Of a DNA stretch of 64,000 nucleotides, positions 23,265 to 36,868 are shown one piece after another. Each line of letters opens with the position of its first letter. The stretch's first letter is position 1. Origin of the DNA: Scyliorhinus canicula (lineage: Eukaryota); contig NC_052149.1 of NCBI RefSeq assembly GCF_902713615.1, positions 126,669,256 to 126,733,255 on the forward strand, read 5' to 3'. A model generated the notes under the pieces. The model saw only the letters and a list, made by a program, of their open reading frames with translations. It was not told where the DNA came from and did no database searches. A program made the translations under genes and the position numbers.

Positions 23265-25250
23265 CTATACCTTCGTCCAGATCATTTATGTATATCACAA
23301 ACAACAGTGGTCCGAGCACGGATCCCTGTGGAACACCACTAGTCACCTTTCTCCATTTTGACACACTCCCTTCCACCACTACTCTCTGTCTCCTGTTGCC
23401 CAGCCAGTTCTTTATCCATCTAGCTAGTACACCCTGAACCCCATACGGCTTCACTTTTTCCATCAACCTGCCATGGGAAACTTTATCAAATGCTTTACTG
23501 AAGTCCATGTATATGACATCTACAGCCCTTCCCTCATCAATCAACTTTGTCACTTCCTCAAAGAATTCTATTAGGTTTGTAAGACATGGCCTTCCCTGCA
23601 CAAAACCATGCTGCCTAACACTGATAAGTCTATTTTCTTCCAAATGTGAATAGATCCTATTCCTCAGTATCTTCTCCAACAGTTTGCCTGCCACAGACGT
23701 CAAGCTCACAGGTCTATAATTCCCTGGATTATCCCTGCTACCCTTCTTAAACAAAGGGACAACATTAGCAATTCTCCAGTCCTCCGGAACCTCACCCGTG
23801 CTCAAGGAGGCTGCAAAGATATCTGTTAAGGCCCCAGCTATTTCGTCCTTCGTTTCCCTCAGTAACCTTGGATAGATCTCACCCGGTCCAGGGGACTTGT
23901 CCACCTTACTGCCTTTTAGAATACCCAAAACCTCACCTTTCCTTATGCCGACGTGACCTAGAGTATTTAAACATCCATCCCTAGCCTCAACATCCGTCTT
24001 GTCCCTCTCCTTTGTGAATACCGATGCCAAGGACTCATTAAGAATCTCACTCATTTCCTCTTACTCCACGCATAAATTCCCTCTTTTGTCTTTGAGTGGG
24101 CCAATCCTTTCTCTAGTTACCCTCTTGCTCCTTATATATGAATAAAAGGCTTTGGGATTTCCCTTAACCCTGTTAGCCAAAGATATTTCATGACCCCTTT
24201 TAGCTCTCTTTATTGGGTTTGAGATTTGTCTACCTTCCTGATATTCCTCCAAAGCTTCATCAGTTTTGAGTCGCCTCGATCTTATGTATGCTTCCTTTTT
24301 CATCTTAGCTAGTCTCACAATTCCACTCGTCATCCGTGGTTCCCTAATCTTGCCATTTCTATCTCTCATTTTCACAGGAACATGTCTGTCCTGCACTCTA
24401 ATCAACCTTTCCTTAAAAGACTCCCACAGTTCAAATGTGGATTTACCCTTAAACAGCTGCTCCCAATCCACATTCCCTAGCTCCTGCCGAATTTTGTTAT
24501 ACTTGGCCTTTCCCCAATTTTGCACTCTTCCTTTAGGACCACTCTTGTCTTTGTCCATGAGTATTCTAAAAGTTACGGAATTGTGATCGCTATTCCCAAA
24601 GTACCCACCGACTGAAACTTCAACCACCTGGCCGGGATCATTCCCCAATACCAGGTCCAGTATGGCCCCTTCCCGAGTTGGACTACTTACATACTGCTCT
24701 AAAAAACTCTCCTGGATGCTCCTTACAAATTCTGTTCCATCTACACCTCCAACAATACATGAGTCCCATTCACTGTTGGGGAAGTTAAAATCTCCCATCA
24801 CAACCACCCTATTGTTCTATAATCTGTCTACATATTTGTAACTTTACTTCAAGCTTGCTTTTGGGAGGCCTGTAGTAAAGTCCCAACAATGTTACTGCAC
24901 CCTTCCTATTTCTTAGCTCTATCGATATTGCCTCAGTGCTCGAATCCTCCATCGTGCCCTCCTTAATCACAGCTGTGATATCATCTCTGACTAGTAATGC
25001 AACTCATCCACCCCTTTTACCTCCCTCTCTATCCTTACTGAAGCATCTATACCCTGGGATATTTAGTTTCCAGTCTTGCCCTTCCCTCAACCAAGTCTCA
25101 GTAATACCAATAACATCATATTCCCAGGTATTAATCCAAGCCCTAAATTCACCTGCCTTACCTGCGACACTTCTTGCATTAAAATAAATGCACCACAGAC
25201 CACCTGTCCCTTTGCGTTCATCATCTCTTCCCGTCTACTCTTCCCCTTAG
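23265..25250 (-). pseudogene. CR1 ORF2 (EN + RT), disrupted
   Basis: MGDFNFPN, SDHNS; [36 protein letters not shown]. Confidence 0.9.
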
Positions 25251-25346
25251 TCACATTGAGTTTATTATCTGGTACCTTACTGGCTTTAGTTGCTGCCTCT
25301 TTACTGGCCTCTAACTTCCTAATCTGGTTCCCATTCCCCTGCCAGA

Positions 25347-26293
25347 TTAGTTTAAAACCTCCCCAACAGTGTTAGCAAAAGCACCCCCTAGGACATTGGT
25401 TCCAGTCCTGCCCAGGTGTAGACCATCCGATTTGTAATGGTCCCACCACCCCCAGAACCGGTTCCAATGACAAAAACATCTGAACCCCTCCCTCCTGCAC
25501 CATCTCTCAAGCCACGTATTCATTCTGACTATTCTTGAATTTCTACTCTGACTGTCCCGTGGCACTGGTACCAATCCTGAGGTTACTACCTTTGAGGTCC
25601 TACTTTTTAACTTATCTCCTAACTTCCTAAATTCTGATTGTAGGACCTCATCCTGTTTTTTACCTATATCGTTGATGTCTTTATGCACCACGACAACTGG
25701 GTGTTCACCCTCCCCCTTCAGTATGTCCTGCAGCCGATCTGAGATGTCCCTGACCCGTGCACTCGGGAAGCAACATTCCAATTGGGAGTCTCGTTTTCGA
25801 CCACAGAAACGCCTGTCTACTCCCCTTACGATTGAATCCCCGATGACTATAGCCCTGCCTGTCTTTTTCCCGCCCTTCTGTGCAGCAGAGCCAGCCACGG
25901 TGCCATGAGCCTGGCTACTACTGCCTTCCCCTGGTGAGTCATATCCCCCAACAGTATCCAAAACGGTATACCTGTTTTGGAGGGAGATGACCGCAGGGGA
26001 CACCTGCACTGCCTTCCTGCTCTTTCTCGGCCTTTTGGTCACCCATTCCCTGTCTCCTTCGCCAATACTAATCTGCGTGTGACCAACTCACTGAACGTGC
26101 TATCCACGACCTCCTCAGCATCGCGGATGCTCCAAAGTGAGTCCATCCGCAGCTCCAGAGCCATCATGTGGTCTAACAGGAGCTGCAGCTGGACACACTT
26201 CCCGCACATGAAGGAGTCAGGAGCATCGGCCGCGTCCCTGAACTCCCACATTGAGCACGAGGAGCATAACACGGGTCTGGGATCTCCTGCCAT
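25347..26293 (-). pseudogene. CR1 ORF1 (Cys finger/leucine zipper + SGNH esterase), frameshifted
   Basis: CSSCSMWE..CGKCVQLQLL; VIGDSIVRG, DIND, SDGLHL motifs in ORFs 26039..26293 and 25347..26042. Confidence 0.88.
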
Positions 26294-26609
26294 TTTTACA
26301 CTTTACCTTAACTTATTACAAATATAATATCAAATAATGAATAAGTGAAAGGAATAAGGATTCTACTTACCAATCAGGCGACTGCTTTGCTGTGATGTCA
26401 CTCTTCAAGGTAAGTTTTTAAAGACGACCCCTGGCCACTGTTCCCACTGGAAATCTGAAGGCCGCTTCTCCTGCAGGCTGTGACGTCCAAGTTCAACTTG
26501 TTTCTACTACTACCTGCCCTCGAGCCTTCTTCTTGATCTTTACTCGGCTGGGATCCTTACAGCGGTTATGTTTTTTTTGCAATAGCCAATCAGTGGCTCC
26601 GAGCTACTG

Positions 26610-29025
26610 CCCTCTGCTGGATGCTTGCCTGGAGGATCACTTGCGTCTCAACCAGGGTCTCGATGCCCGAGGCCTTGGAGAACAGGGAGTGGACCATCTC
26701 TGTCTGGGTCTATACCACATTGCCCAATGACTGTGCCACCACCCTCTGGGTCTGTGCCACATCAGCCAGTGACTGTGCCACCTCCCACTGGGTCTGTGCC
26801 ACATCAGCCAGTGACTGTGCCACCTCCCTCTGGCACTGGCCCAAGTCAGCCAGCGCCCGGGCAATGCCATCGACGCCCTCAACCATGACCCGTTGTGACT
26901 GTGCCACGCTCTGGAGCGCCATTACAATGTCCAGGTGGATCTGGTACATGGCTGTCTGTGACAGCACAACCCTGTACTGGGGCTCGGCCCTCACCCACAC
27001 AGAGTGCCCCAGACCTTGGACATCCTGACACATGGCCAATACCTTTGCCCACAAGACCTTCACCGCGGGTGGCACCCATGCTGTGTTGGTCTGGGCAGCA
27101 CGCATGGTCGGCACCATATCCTGCCCCTGCAGTCCATTGGACTTCTCGAACTGCACCTGCAGGCACTGGATGATTGCTGACAGCCCCTCCTGTAGTCCCC
27201 GGCTCTGTGACTGTATCTCCATTATTGATGGGACCGTCGTTTCCAGAATCCCGCAACCCATCCTGCAGCACCTAGTCCCTGTCAGGCTGCCCTCCAACCG
27301 TCTGCCCACTCGGGAGTTCCTACCTCCACCTGATGTACCACAGTACATGTGTGGGGCACACCAGAGAGTGTCCCAGGAACCTCTTCACTAAAGTGCCCAA
27401 CCGAGGTGAGTGTCTCTGGGCTTGTGGAGGGTGTTGGAGACGCTGTGATGGGACGTCAGTGTCAGCCTGGGACCGGTGCTCCGGGTTTCTCGAGCTGTGG
27501 TTCGAGGGCTCCCTTTGCTGTCCATGTCCTCTTCCTCACTGCTATCCACCTGGAGTTATGGTTGGGGGTGGGGACACCAGAAGGGTCCCCTCATTGCCAT
27601 GTGATCCTGCAAGACCCAAACATGACGCATTATTGGACCATGGGTTGGGGTGGTGGGTGGTGGTGGAGGAGGGGGGGGGTGGTGTTGGGGTGGTGGTGGA
27701 GGAGGGGGTGGTGTTGGGGTGGTGGTGGAGGAGGGGGTGGTGTTGGGGTGGTGGCGGGGCAGTGTGGGTGTGGTGGCAGTGGAGGAGTGGATGGGGAGGG
27801 AGCATGGGGTGGAGGTGCTGGTGGTGACATATGGGTGCCATGGGGAACCGCAACTCAGTGGGGTCTCAGTTGCTCGCCTGATACCGACCACCGCCTCGGC
27901 AACTGCCCTCTCTCCAGGCCCACCAACCAGGTCCAGTGCCCGCTTCCCCAGTGCGGTGAGAGGCTGCAGGTCCGGTAGGCCCCCTCCACTCTCTTCCCTC
28001 TCCCGGCGGCTGTGGGTAGCTTTCTCCTGCTGGGGTGGGGGAGGGAGACAGAAAACACACTGTGTTAGACAATCAGACACATACAACACAGGAGGTGGGC
28101 AGATGGTGGCCATTGTGGCCAGGGCACCGGCCATGGCAGCCAGTATGGGTGCTGGCATGTGCTGCAGGGTGGGGAGTGTTCGCCCTCTGGGTGGGGGAGG
28201 CGGGGTTACGGGGGTTAGTGCCAGGGGCACAGCGCTGCCGACTTACCTCGGCCTCGTTGAGGAGGTGGTGCAGTCTTTTGTGGCACTGCTGTCCGGACCT
28301 GGTGGAGGGGTCCATGACGCTCAAGGCATCTTCCACCTCCATCCAGGCCCGGTGTACGGCAACAGTGACAACCTTCTTCTCACCCCGAGGTACAGGGTGG
28401 CCCGCCTTTCCTCCATGGCGTCCAGCAAGGTCTCCAGCTCAGTGTCCGTGAACCGGGGTGCCACTCTCACTGCTGCCATCTTGTTGATTGGAATGAGTGT
28501 GTGGGGAGTGAAGTGCGACTTTGCAGCAGCAGCTTGTCAGCCTCTCGACTGTCAATCCCGACTCCAGCAAATCCAACACTGTTTCCCGTTGGAATCAATT
28601 GTTTCCCACTTGGCACCGGTGCTAGCCCCATTAACGGTTAATGAATTGCTCCAGTCGCGCCCGCGCAGTTGACGGGCGCTGGTTGGGGACCGCTGAAAGA
28701 GGCCCCCGCGGCGATTCCCCACGGTTAACCTGCCGAAATACCGCCGGCATGGTTCACGTATGGCTCCTTCCAATGGGAGATCGGCATCGCGGCTGCGGTG
28801 GCCGTCCTGATGTGGGGAGGGGGCATCGGTCTCCGTAGGGAGGGGGCCTCCACAACGGCAAGGCCCACAATCGAGGCCCACCGATCGGTGTGCGCGGGCG
28901 ATCACTGGTGAGGCGGGGCCTACCTTCTCCGTGCTGGACCCCCTGTGGGATTCAGAATCGCTGGACCAAGAGGCCCGTTAAAGCCGGCGTGAAACACTTT
29001 GCCGCGTTTTTAGAGAATCCCGGCC
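26610..29025 (-). mobile_element. Harbinger-type element carrying a Myb/SANT gene remnant; left end lost
   Basis: TIR GAGAATCCCGGCC ending at 29025; spliced Myb-like coding exons inside. Confidence 0.7.
26650..28479 (-). pseudogene. Harbinger accessory Myb/SANT-like DNA-binding protein (NAIF1/MSANTD-like), multi-exon, frameshifted
   Basis: Exon 1, 28479-28247: MAAVRVAPRFTDTELETLL..AWMEV..RSGQQCHKRLHHL, ending at a GTAAGT donor. Exon 2 from ~28029: EKATHSRREREESGGGLPDLQPLT. Downstream heptad repeat EVAQSLADVAQTQR. Confidence 0.75.
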
Positions 29026-31369
29026 ACTGTCTATTGATTTTAGTTCCTGGTTCTTCGGATACGACACTTGCTCCGTCTCATTTGTACCATCGCATCAGCA
29101 GCTCCTGGAGGAGGGGGAGAGGCAGTCAGGACCTCAGCACGAGGCCATATCCACCGAGAATCTTCCAGAAGCTCTTTTAATAATCTAATTATTGACTAAA
29201 TGGTGGGAAGCGATTGTGAGGACAATGTTACCATGGAGATGAATGGGATACTGTAACCGTGGTAGCAAGGTGATCAGAATGGATTGAGAAGAATAAACTT
29301 GGTTTTGCTGCTTCTATGTGGCTATACTGAGATCACATTTATGTTCCCTTAATAAACTGTGATTTAGAGGGAAATGTATATGGACCATCGAGAAAAATGG
29401 ACAAATTACTGTCAGACTTGTGAGTGAACAAAGGAACACTCCACACAGACTAGATTGTGCAGCGTGATGTACCTGTGTACACAGACTGGATTGTGAAGTG
29501 TGATGTACCTGTGTACACAGACTGGATTGTGAAGTGTGATGTACCTGTGTACACAGACTGGATTGTGAAGTGTGATGTACCTGTGCACACAGACTGGATT
29601 GTGAAGTGTGATGTACCTGTGCACACAGACTGGATTGTGAAGTGTGATGTACCTGTATACACAGACTGGATTGTGAAGTGTGATGTACCTGTGTACACAG
29701 ACTGGATTGTGAAGTGTGATGTACCTGTGTACACAGACTGGGTTGTGAAGTGTGATGTACCTGTGCACACAGACTGGATTGTGAAGTGTGATGTACCTGT
29801 GTACACAGACTGGATTGTGAAGTGTGATGTACCTGTGAACACAGACTGGATTGTGAAGTGTGATGTACCTGTGTACACAGACTGGATTGTGAAGTGTGAT
29901 GTACCTGTGCACACAGATTGGATTGTGAAGTGTGATGTACCTGTGTACACAGATTGGATTGTGAAGTGTGATGTACCTGTGTACACAGACTGGATTGTGA
30001 AGTGTGATGTACCTGTGTACACAGATTGGATTGTGAAGTGTGATGTACCTGTGTACACAGACTGGATTGTGAAGTGTGATGTACCTGTGTACACAGACTG
30101 GGTTGTGAAGTGTGATGTACCTGTGTACAGAGGCTGGATTGTGAAGTGTGATGTCCCTGTGTACACAGACTGGATTGTGAAGTGTGATGTACCTGTGTAC
30201 ACAGACTGGGTTGTGAAGTGTGATGTACCTGTGTACACAGACTGGATTGTGAAGTGTGATGTACCTGTGCACACAGACTGGATTGTGAAGTGTGATGTAC
30301 CTGTGCACACAGACTGGATTGTGAAGTGTGATGTACCTCTGTAGACAGACTGGATTGTGAAGTGTGATGTACCTGTGTACACAGACTGGACTGTGAAGTG
30401 TGATGTACCTGTGTACACAGACTGGATTGTGAAGTGTGATGTACCTGTGTACACAGACTGGGTTGTGAAGTGTGATGTATCTGCGTACAAAGATTGGATT
30501 GCAAGTTGTGATATAGTTGTGCAGACAGACTGGTTTGTGTAGTATGATGCATCTGTGGACAGAGAATGGATTGTGAAATGTGCTGAGCAGGTGTACACAG
30601 ACTGGATTGTGAAGTGTGATGTACCTGTGTACACAGGCTGGATTGTGAAGTGCGATGTCCCTGTGTACACAGACTGGATTGTGAAGTGTGATGTACCTGT
30701 GTACACAGATTGGATTGTAAAGAGTGATGTACCTGTGCACACAGACTGGATTGTGAAGTGTGATGTACCTGTTTACAAAGACTGGATTGTGAAGTGTGAT
30801 GTACCTGTGTACACAGAATGGATTGTGAAGTGTGAAGTACCTGTGTACACAGCCTGGATTATGAAGTGTGATGTACCTGTGTACACAGACTGGATTGTGA
30901 AGTGTGAAGTACCTGTGTACACATCCTGGATTGTGAAGTGTGATGTACCTGTGTACACAGCCTGGATTGTGAAGTGTGATGTACCTGTGCACACAGACTG
31001 GATTGTGAAGTGTGATGTACCTGTGTACACAGACTGGACTGTGAAGTGTGATGTACCTGTGTACACAGACTGGATTGTGAAGTGTGATGTACCTGTGTAC
31101 ACAGACTGGATTGTGAACTGTGATGTACCTGTGTACACAGACTGGATTGTGAAGTGTGATGTACCTGTATACACAGACTGGATTGTGAAGTGTGATGTAC
31201 CTGTGCACAGACTGGATTGTGAAGTGTGATGTACCTGTGTGCACAGACTGGATTGGGAAGTGTGATGTACCTGTGTACACAGACTGGACCGTGAAGTGTG
31301 ATGTACCTGTGTACACAGACTGGATTGTGAAGTGTGATGTACCTGTGTACACAGACTGGATTGTGAAGT

Positions 31370-31631
31370 TGTGGTAATACCACTGTATATATATGTGTGT
31401 GCCTGTATTAGGGGATGTACAATAGTACCGGCTATTACAGGTTTGTCGAAAGCCGCTGCATAGTTTGTCGGTAAGCCGCTGCCGGCTAGCTCCGCCCACA
31501 GGAGCAGGATAAATATCCATGAGGTCTCCTGAGCTGCCATTTTACAGCTCCACATGAGGTAATAACATCTCACGGTAATAAAGCCTCTTTTGAACCGTTT
31601 CGTGTTTCTGTGTGCAATTGTTAGCGCAACA
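31370..31631 (+). mobile_element. Short solo LTR (262 bp) embedded in satellite, copy 1
   Basis: TGTGGTAAT...GCGCAACA, TATA-like GATAAATA, AATAAA at ~31577; TSD not clean. Confidence 0.7.
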
Positions 31632-34600
31632 GCACTGTGATGTGCTTGTATACGCAGACTGGATTGTGAAGTGAGATGTACCTGTGTACACAGACTGGAT
31701 TGTGAAGTGAGATGTACCTGTGTACACAGACTGGATTGTGAAGTGTGACGTACCTGTGTAGACAGACTGGATTGTAAAATGTGATGTACCTGTGTACACA
31801 GACTAGATTGCGAAGTGTGATGTACCTGTGTACACAGACTGGATTGTGAAGTGTGATGTACCTGTGTACACAGACTGGATTGTGAAGTGTGATGTACCTG
31901 TGTACACAGACTGGATTGTGAAGTGTGATGTACCTGTATACTCAGACTGGTTTATGAAGTGTGATGTACCTGTGCACACAGACTGGATTGTAAAGAGTGA
32001 TGTACCTGTGCACACAGACTGGATTGTGAAGTGTGATGTACCTGTTTACAAAGACTGGATTGTGAAGTGTGATGTACCTGTGTACACAGACTGGTTTATG
32101 AAGTGTGATGTACCTGTGTACACAGACTGGATTGTGAAGTGTGATGTACCTGTGCACACAGACTGGATTGTGAAGTGTGATGTACCTGTGTACACAGACT
32201 GGGTTGTGAAGTGTGATGTATCTGCGTACAAAGATTGGATTGCAAGTTGTGATATAGTTGTGCAGACAGACTGGTTTGTGTAGTATGATGCATCTGTGGA
32301 CAGAGAATGGATTGTGAAATGTGCTGAGCAGGTGTACACAGACTGGATTGTGAAGTGTGATGTACCTGTGTACACAGGCTGGATTGTGAAGTGCGCTGTC
32401 CCTGTGTACACAGACTGGATTGTGAAGTGTGATGTACCTGTGTACACAGACTGGATTGTAAAGAGTGATGTACCTGTGCACACAGACTGGATTGTGAAGT
32501 GTGATGTACCTGTTTACAAAGACTGGATTGTGAAGTGTGATGTACCTGTGTACACAGAATGGATTGTGAAGTGTGAAGTACCTGTGTACACAGCCTGGAT
32601 TATGAAGTGTGATGTACCTGTGTACACAGACTGGATTGTGAAGTGTGAAGTACCTGTGTACACATCCTGGATTGTGAAGTGTGATGTACCTGTGTACACA
32701 GCCTGGATTGTGAAGTGTGATGTACCTGTGCACACAGACTGGATTGTGAAGTGTGATGTACCTGTGTACACAGACTGGATTGTGAAGTGTGATGTACCTG
32801 TGTAGACAGAATGGATTGTGAAATGTGATGGACCTGTGTACACAGACTGGATTGTGAAGTGTGATGTACCTGTGTAGACAGACTGCATTGTGAAGTGTGA
32901 TGTACCTGTGTACACAGACTGGATTGTGAAGTGTGATGTACCTGTGCACACAGACTGGATTGTGAAGTGTGATGTACCTGTGTAGACAGACTGGATTGTG
33001 AAGTGTGATGTACCTGTGTAGACAGACTGGATTGTGAAGTGTGATGTACTTGTGTACACAGACTGGATTGTGAAGTGTGATGTACCTGTGTACACAGACT
33101 GGATTGTGAATTGTGATGTACCTGTGTAAACAGACTGGATTGCGAAATGTGATGTACCTGTGTACACAGACTGGATTGCGAAATGTGATGTACCTGTGTA
33201 CACGGACTGGATTGTGAAGTGTGATGTACCTGTGTACACAGACTGGATTGTGAATTGTGATGTACCTGTGTAAACAGACTGGATTGCGAAATGTGATGTA
33301 CCTGTGTACACGGACTGGATTGTGAATTGTGATGTATCTTTGTACACAGACAGGATTGTGAAGTCTGACGTACCCGTGTACACATACTGGATTGTGAAAT
33401 GTGACGTACCTGTGTACACAGACTGGGTTGTGAAGTGTGATGTACCTGTGTACAGAGGCTGGATTGTGAAGTGTGATGTCCCTGTGTACACAGACTGGAT
33501 TGTGAAGTGTGATGTACCTGTGTACACAGACTGGGTTGTGAAGTGTGATGTACCTGTGTACAGAGGCTGGATTGTGAAGTGTGATGTCCCTGTGTACACA
33601 GACTGGATTGTGAAGTGTGATGTACCTGTGTACACAGACTGGGTTGTGAAGTGTGATGTACCTGTGTACACAGACTGGATTGTGAAGTGTGATGTACCTG
33701 TGCACACAGACTGGATTGTGAAGTGTGATGTACCTGTGCACACAGACTGGATTGTGAAGTGTGATGTACCTGTGTAGACAGACTGGATTGTGAAGTGTGA
33801 TGTACCTGTGTACACAGACTGGACTGTGAAGTGTGATGTACCTGTGTACACAGACTGGATTGTGAAGTGTGATGTACCTGTGTACACAGACTGGGTTGTG
33901 AAGTGTGATGTATCTGCGTACAAAGATTGGATTGCAAGTCGTGATATAGTTGTGCAGACAGACTGGTTTGTGTAGTATGATGCATCTGTGGACAGAGAAT
34001 GGATTGTGAAATGTGCTGAGCAGGTGTACACAGACTGGATTGTGAAGTGTGATGTACCTGTGTACACAGGCTGGATTGTGAAGTGCGATGTCCCTGTGTA
34101 CACAGACTGGATTGTGAAGTGTGATGTACCTGTGTACACAGACTGGATTGTAAAGAGTGATGTACCTGTGCACACAGACTGGATTGTGAAGTGTGATGTA
34201 CCTGTTTACAAAGACTGGATTGTGAAGTGTGATGTACCTGTGTACACAGAATGGATTGTGAAGTGTGAAGTACCTGTGTACACAGCCTGGATTATGAAGT
34301 GTGATGTACCTGTGTACACAGACTGGATTGTGAAGTGTGAAGTACCTGTGTACACATCCTGGATTGTGAAGTGTGATGTACCTGTGTACACAGCCTGGAT
34401 TGTGAAGTGTGATGTACCTGTGCACACAGACTGGATTGTGAAGTGTGATGTACCTGTGTACACAGACTGGACTGTGAAGTGTGATGTACCTGTGTACACA
34501 GACTGGATTGTGAAGTGTGATGTACCTGTGTACACAGACTGGATTGTGAACTGTGATGTACCTGTGTACACAGACTGGATTGTGAAGTGTGATGTACCTG

Positions 34601-34802
34601 TATACACAGACTGGATTGTGAAGTGTGATGTACCTTTGCACAGACTGGATTGTGAAGTGTGATGTACCTGTGTGCACAGACTGGATTGGGAAGTGTGATG
34701 TACCTGTGTACACAGACTGGACTGTGAAGTGTGATGTACCTGTGTACACAGACTGGATTGTGAAGTGTGATGTACCTGTGTACACAGACTGGATTGTGAA
34801 GT

Positions 34803-35064
34803 TGTGGTAATACCACTGTATATATATGTGTGTGCCTGTATTAGGGGATGTACAATAGTACCGGCTATTACAGGTTTGTCGAAAGCCGCTGCATAGTTTG
34901 TCGGTAAGCCGCTGCCGGCTAGCTCCGCCCACAGGAGCAGGATAAATATCCATGAGGTCTCCTGAGCTGCCATTTTACAGCTCCACTTGAGGTAATAACA
35001 TCTCACGGTAATAAAGCGTCTTTTGAACCGTTTCGTGTTTCTGTGTGCAATTGTTAGCGCAACA
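34803..35064 (+). mobile_element. Short solo LTR, copy 2 (tandem-duplication product)
   Basis: Same sequence with 2 substitutions seen; same flanks on both sides; offset 3433 bp. Confidence 0.7.
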
Positions 35065-36868
35065 GCACTGTGATGTGCTTGTATACGCAGACTGGATTGT
35101 GAAGTGAGATGTACCTGTGTACACAGACTGGATTGTGAAGTGAGATGTACCTGTGTACACAGACTGGATTGTGAAGTGTGACGTACCTGTGTAGACAGAC
35201 TGGATTGTAAAATGTGATGTACCTGTGTACACAGACTAGATTGCGAAGTGTGATGTACCTGTGTACACAGACTGGATTGTGAAGTGTGATGTACCTGTGT
35301 ACACAGACTGGATTGTGAAGTGTGATGTACCTGTGTACACAGACTGGATTGTGAAGTGTGATGTACCTGTATACTCAGACTGGTTTATGAAGTGTGATGT
35401 ACCTGTGCACACAGACTGGATTGTAAAGAGTGATGTACCTGTGCACACAGACTGGATTGTGAAGTGTGATGTACCTGTTTACAAAGACTGGATTGTGAAG
35501 TGTGATGTACCTGTGTACACAGACTGGTTTATGAAGTGTGATGTACCTGTGTACACAGACTGGATTGTGAAGTGTGATGTACCTGTGCACACAGACTGGA
35601 TTGTGAAGTGTGATGTACCTGTGTACACAGACTGGGTTGTGAAGTGTGATGTATCTGCGTACAAAGATTGGATTGCAAGTTGTGATATAGTTGTGCAGAC
35701 AGACTGGTTTGTGTAGTATGATGCATCTGTGGACAGAGAATGGATTGTGAAATGTGCTGAGCAGGTGTACACAGACTGGATTGTGAAGTGTGATGTACCT
35801 GTGTACACAGGCTGGATTGTGAAGTGCGATGTCCCTGTGTACACAGACTGGATTGTGAAGTGTGATGTACCTGTGTACACAGACTGGATTGTAAAGAGTG
35901 ATGTACCTGTGCACACAGACTGGATTGTGAAGTGTGATGTACCTGTTTACAAAGACTGGATTGTGAAGTGTGATGTACCTGTGTACACAGAATGGATTGT
36001 GAAGTGTGAAGTACCTGTGTACACAGCCTGGATTATGAAGTGTGATGTACCCGTGTACACAGACTGGATTGTGAAGTGTGAAGTACCTGTGTACACATCC
36101 TGGATTGTGAAGTGTGATGTACCTGTGTACACAGCCTGGATTGTGAAGTGTGATGTACCTGTGCACACAGACTGGATTGTGAAGTGTGATGTACCTGTGT
36201 ACACAGACTGGATTGTGAAGTGTGATGTACCTGTGTAGACAGAATGGATTGTGAAATGTGATGGACCTGTGTACACAGACTGGATTGTGAAGTGTGATGT
36301 ACCTGTGTAGACAGACTGCATTGTGAAGTGTGATGTACCTGTGTACACAGACTGGATTGTGAAGTGTGATGTACCTGTGCACACAGACTGGATTGTGAAG
36401 TGTGATGTACCTGTGTAGACAGACTGGATTGTGAAGTGTGATGTACCTGTGTAGACAGACTGGATTGTGAAGTGTGATGTACTTGTGTACACAGACTGGA
36501 TTGTGAAGTGTGATGTACCTGTGTACACAGACTGGATTGTGAATTGTGATGTACCTGTGTAAACAGACTGGATTGCGAAATGTGATGTACCTGTGTACAC
36601 AGACTGGATTGCGAAATGTGATGTACCTGTGTACACGGACTGGATTGTGAAGTGTGATGTACCTGTGTACACAGACTGGATTGTGAATTGTGATGTACCT
36701 GTGTAAACAGACTGGATTGCGAAATGTGATGTACCTGTGTACACGGACTGGATTGTGAATTGTGATGTATCTTTGTACACAGACAGGATTGTGAAGTCTG
36801 ACGTACCCGTGTACACATACTGGATTGTGAAATGTGACGTACCTGTGTACACAGACTAGATTGTAAAA

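Larger units (their letters stand above)
23265..26610 (-). mobile_element. CR1 LINE with intact 5' portion, truncated at the 3' side within RT
   Basis: 5' UTR, ORF1 and ORF2 EN-RT up to IYINDLDEG, where homology stops abruptly. Confidence 0.92.

Noticed and set aside
27349-28672. Gly/Pro/His-rich ORFs
   Set aside because: They come from GGT/CCA low-complexity intron sequence of the Harbinger Myb gene.
31370-35064. LTR-satellite-LTR as a non-autonomous LTR retroelement
   Set aside because: Identity at the 3433-bp offset extends outside both LTRs, and no PBS, PPT or TSD was seen; tandem duplication explains it.
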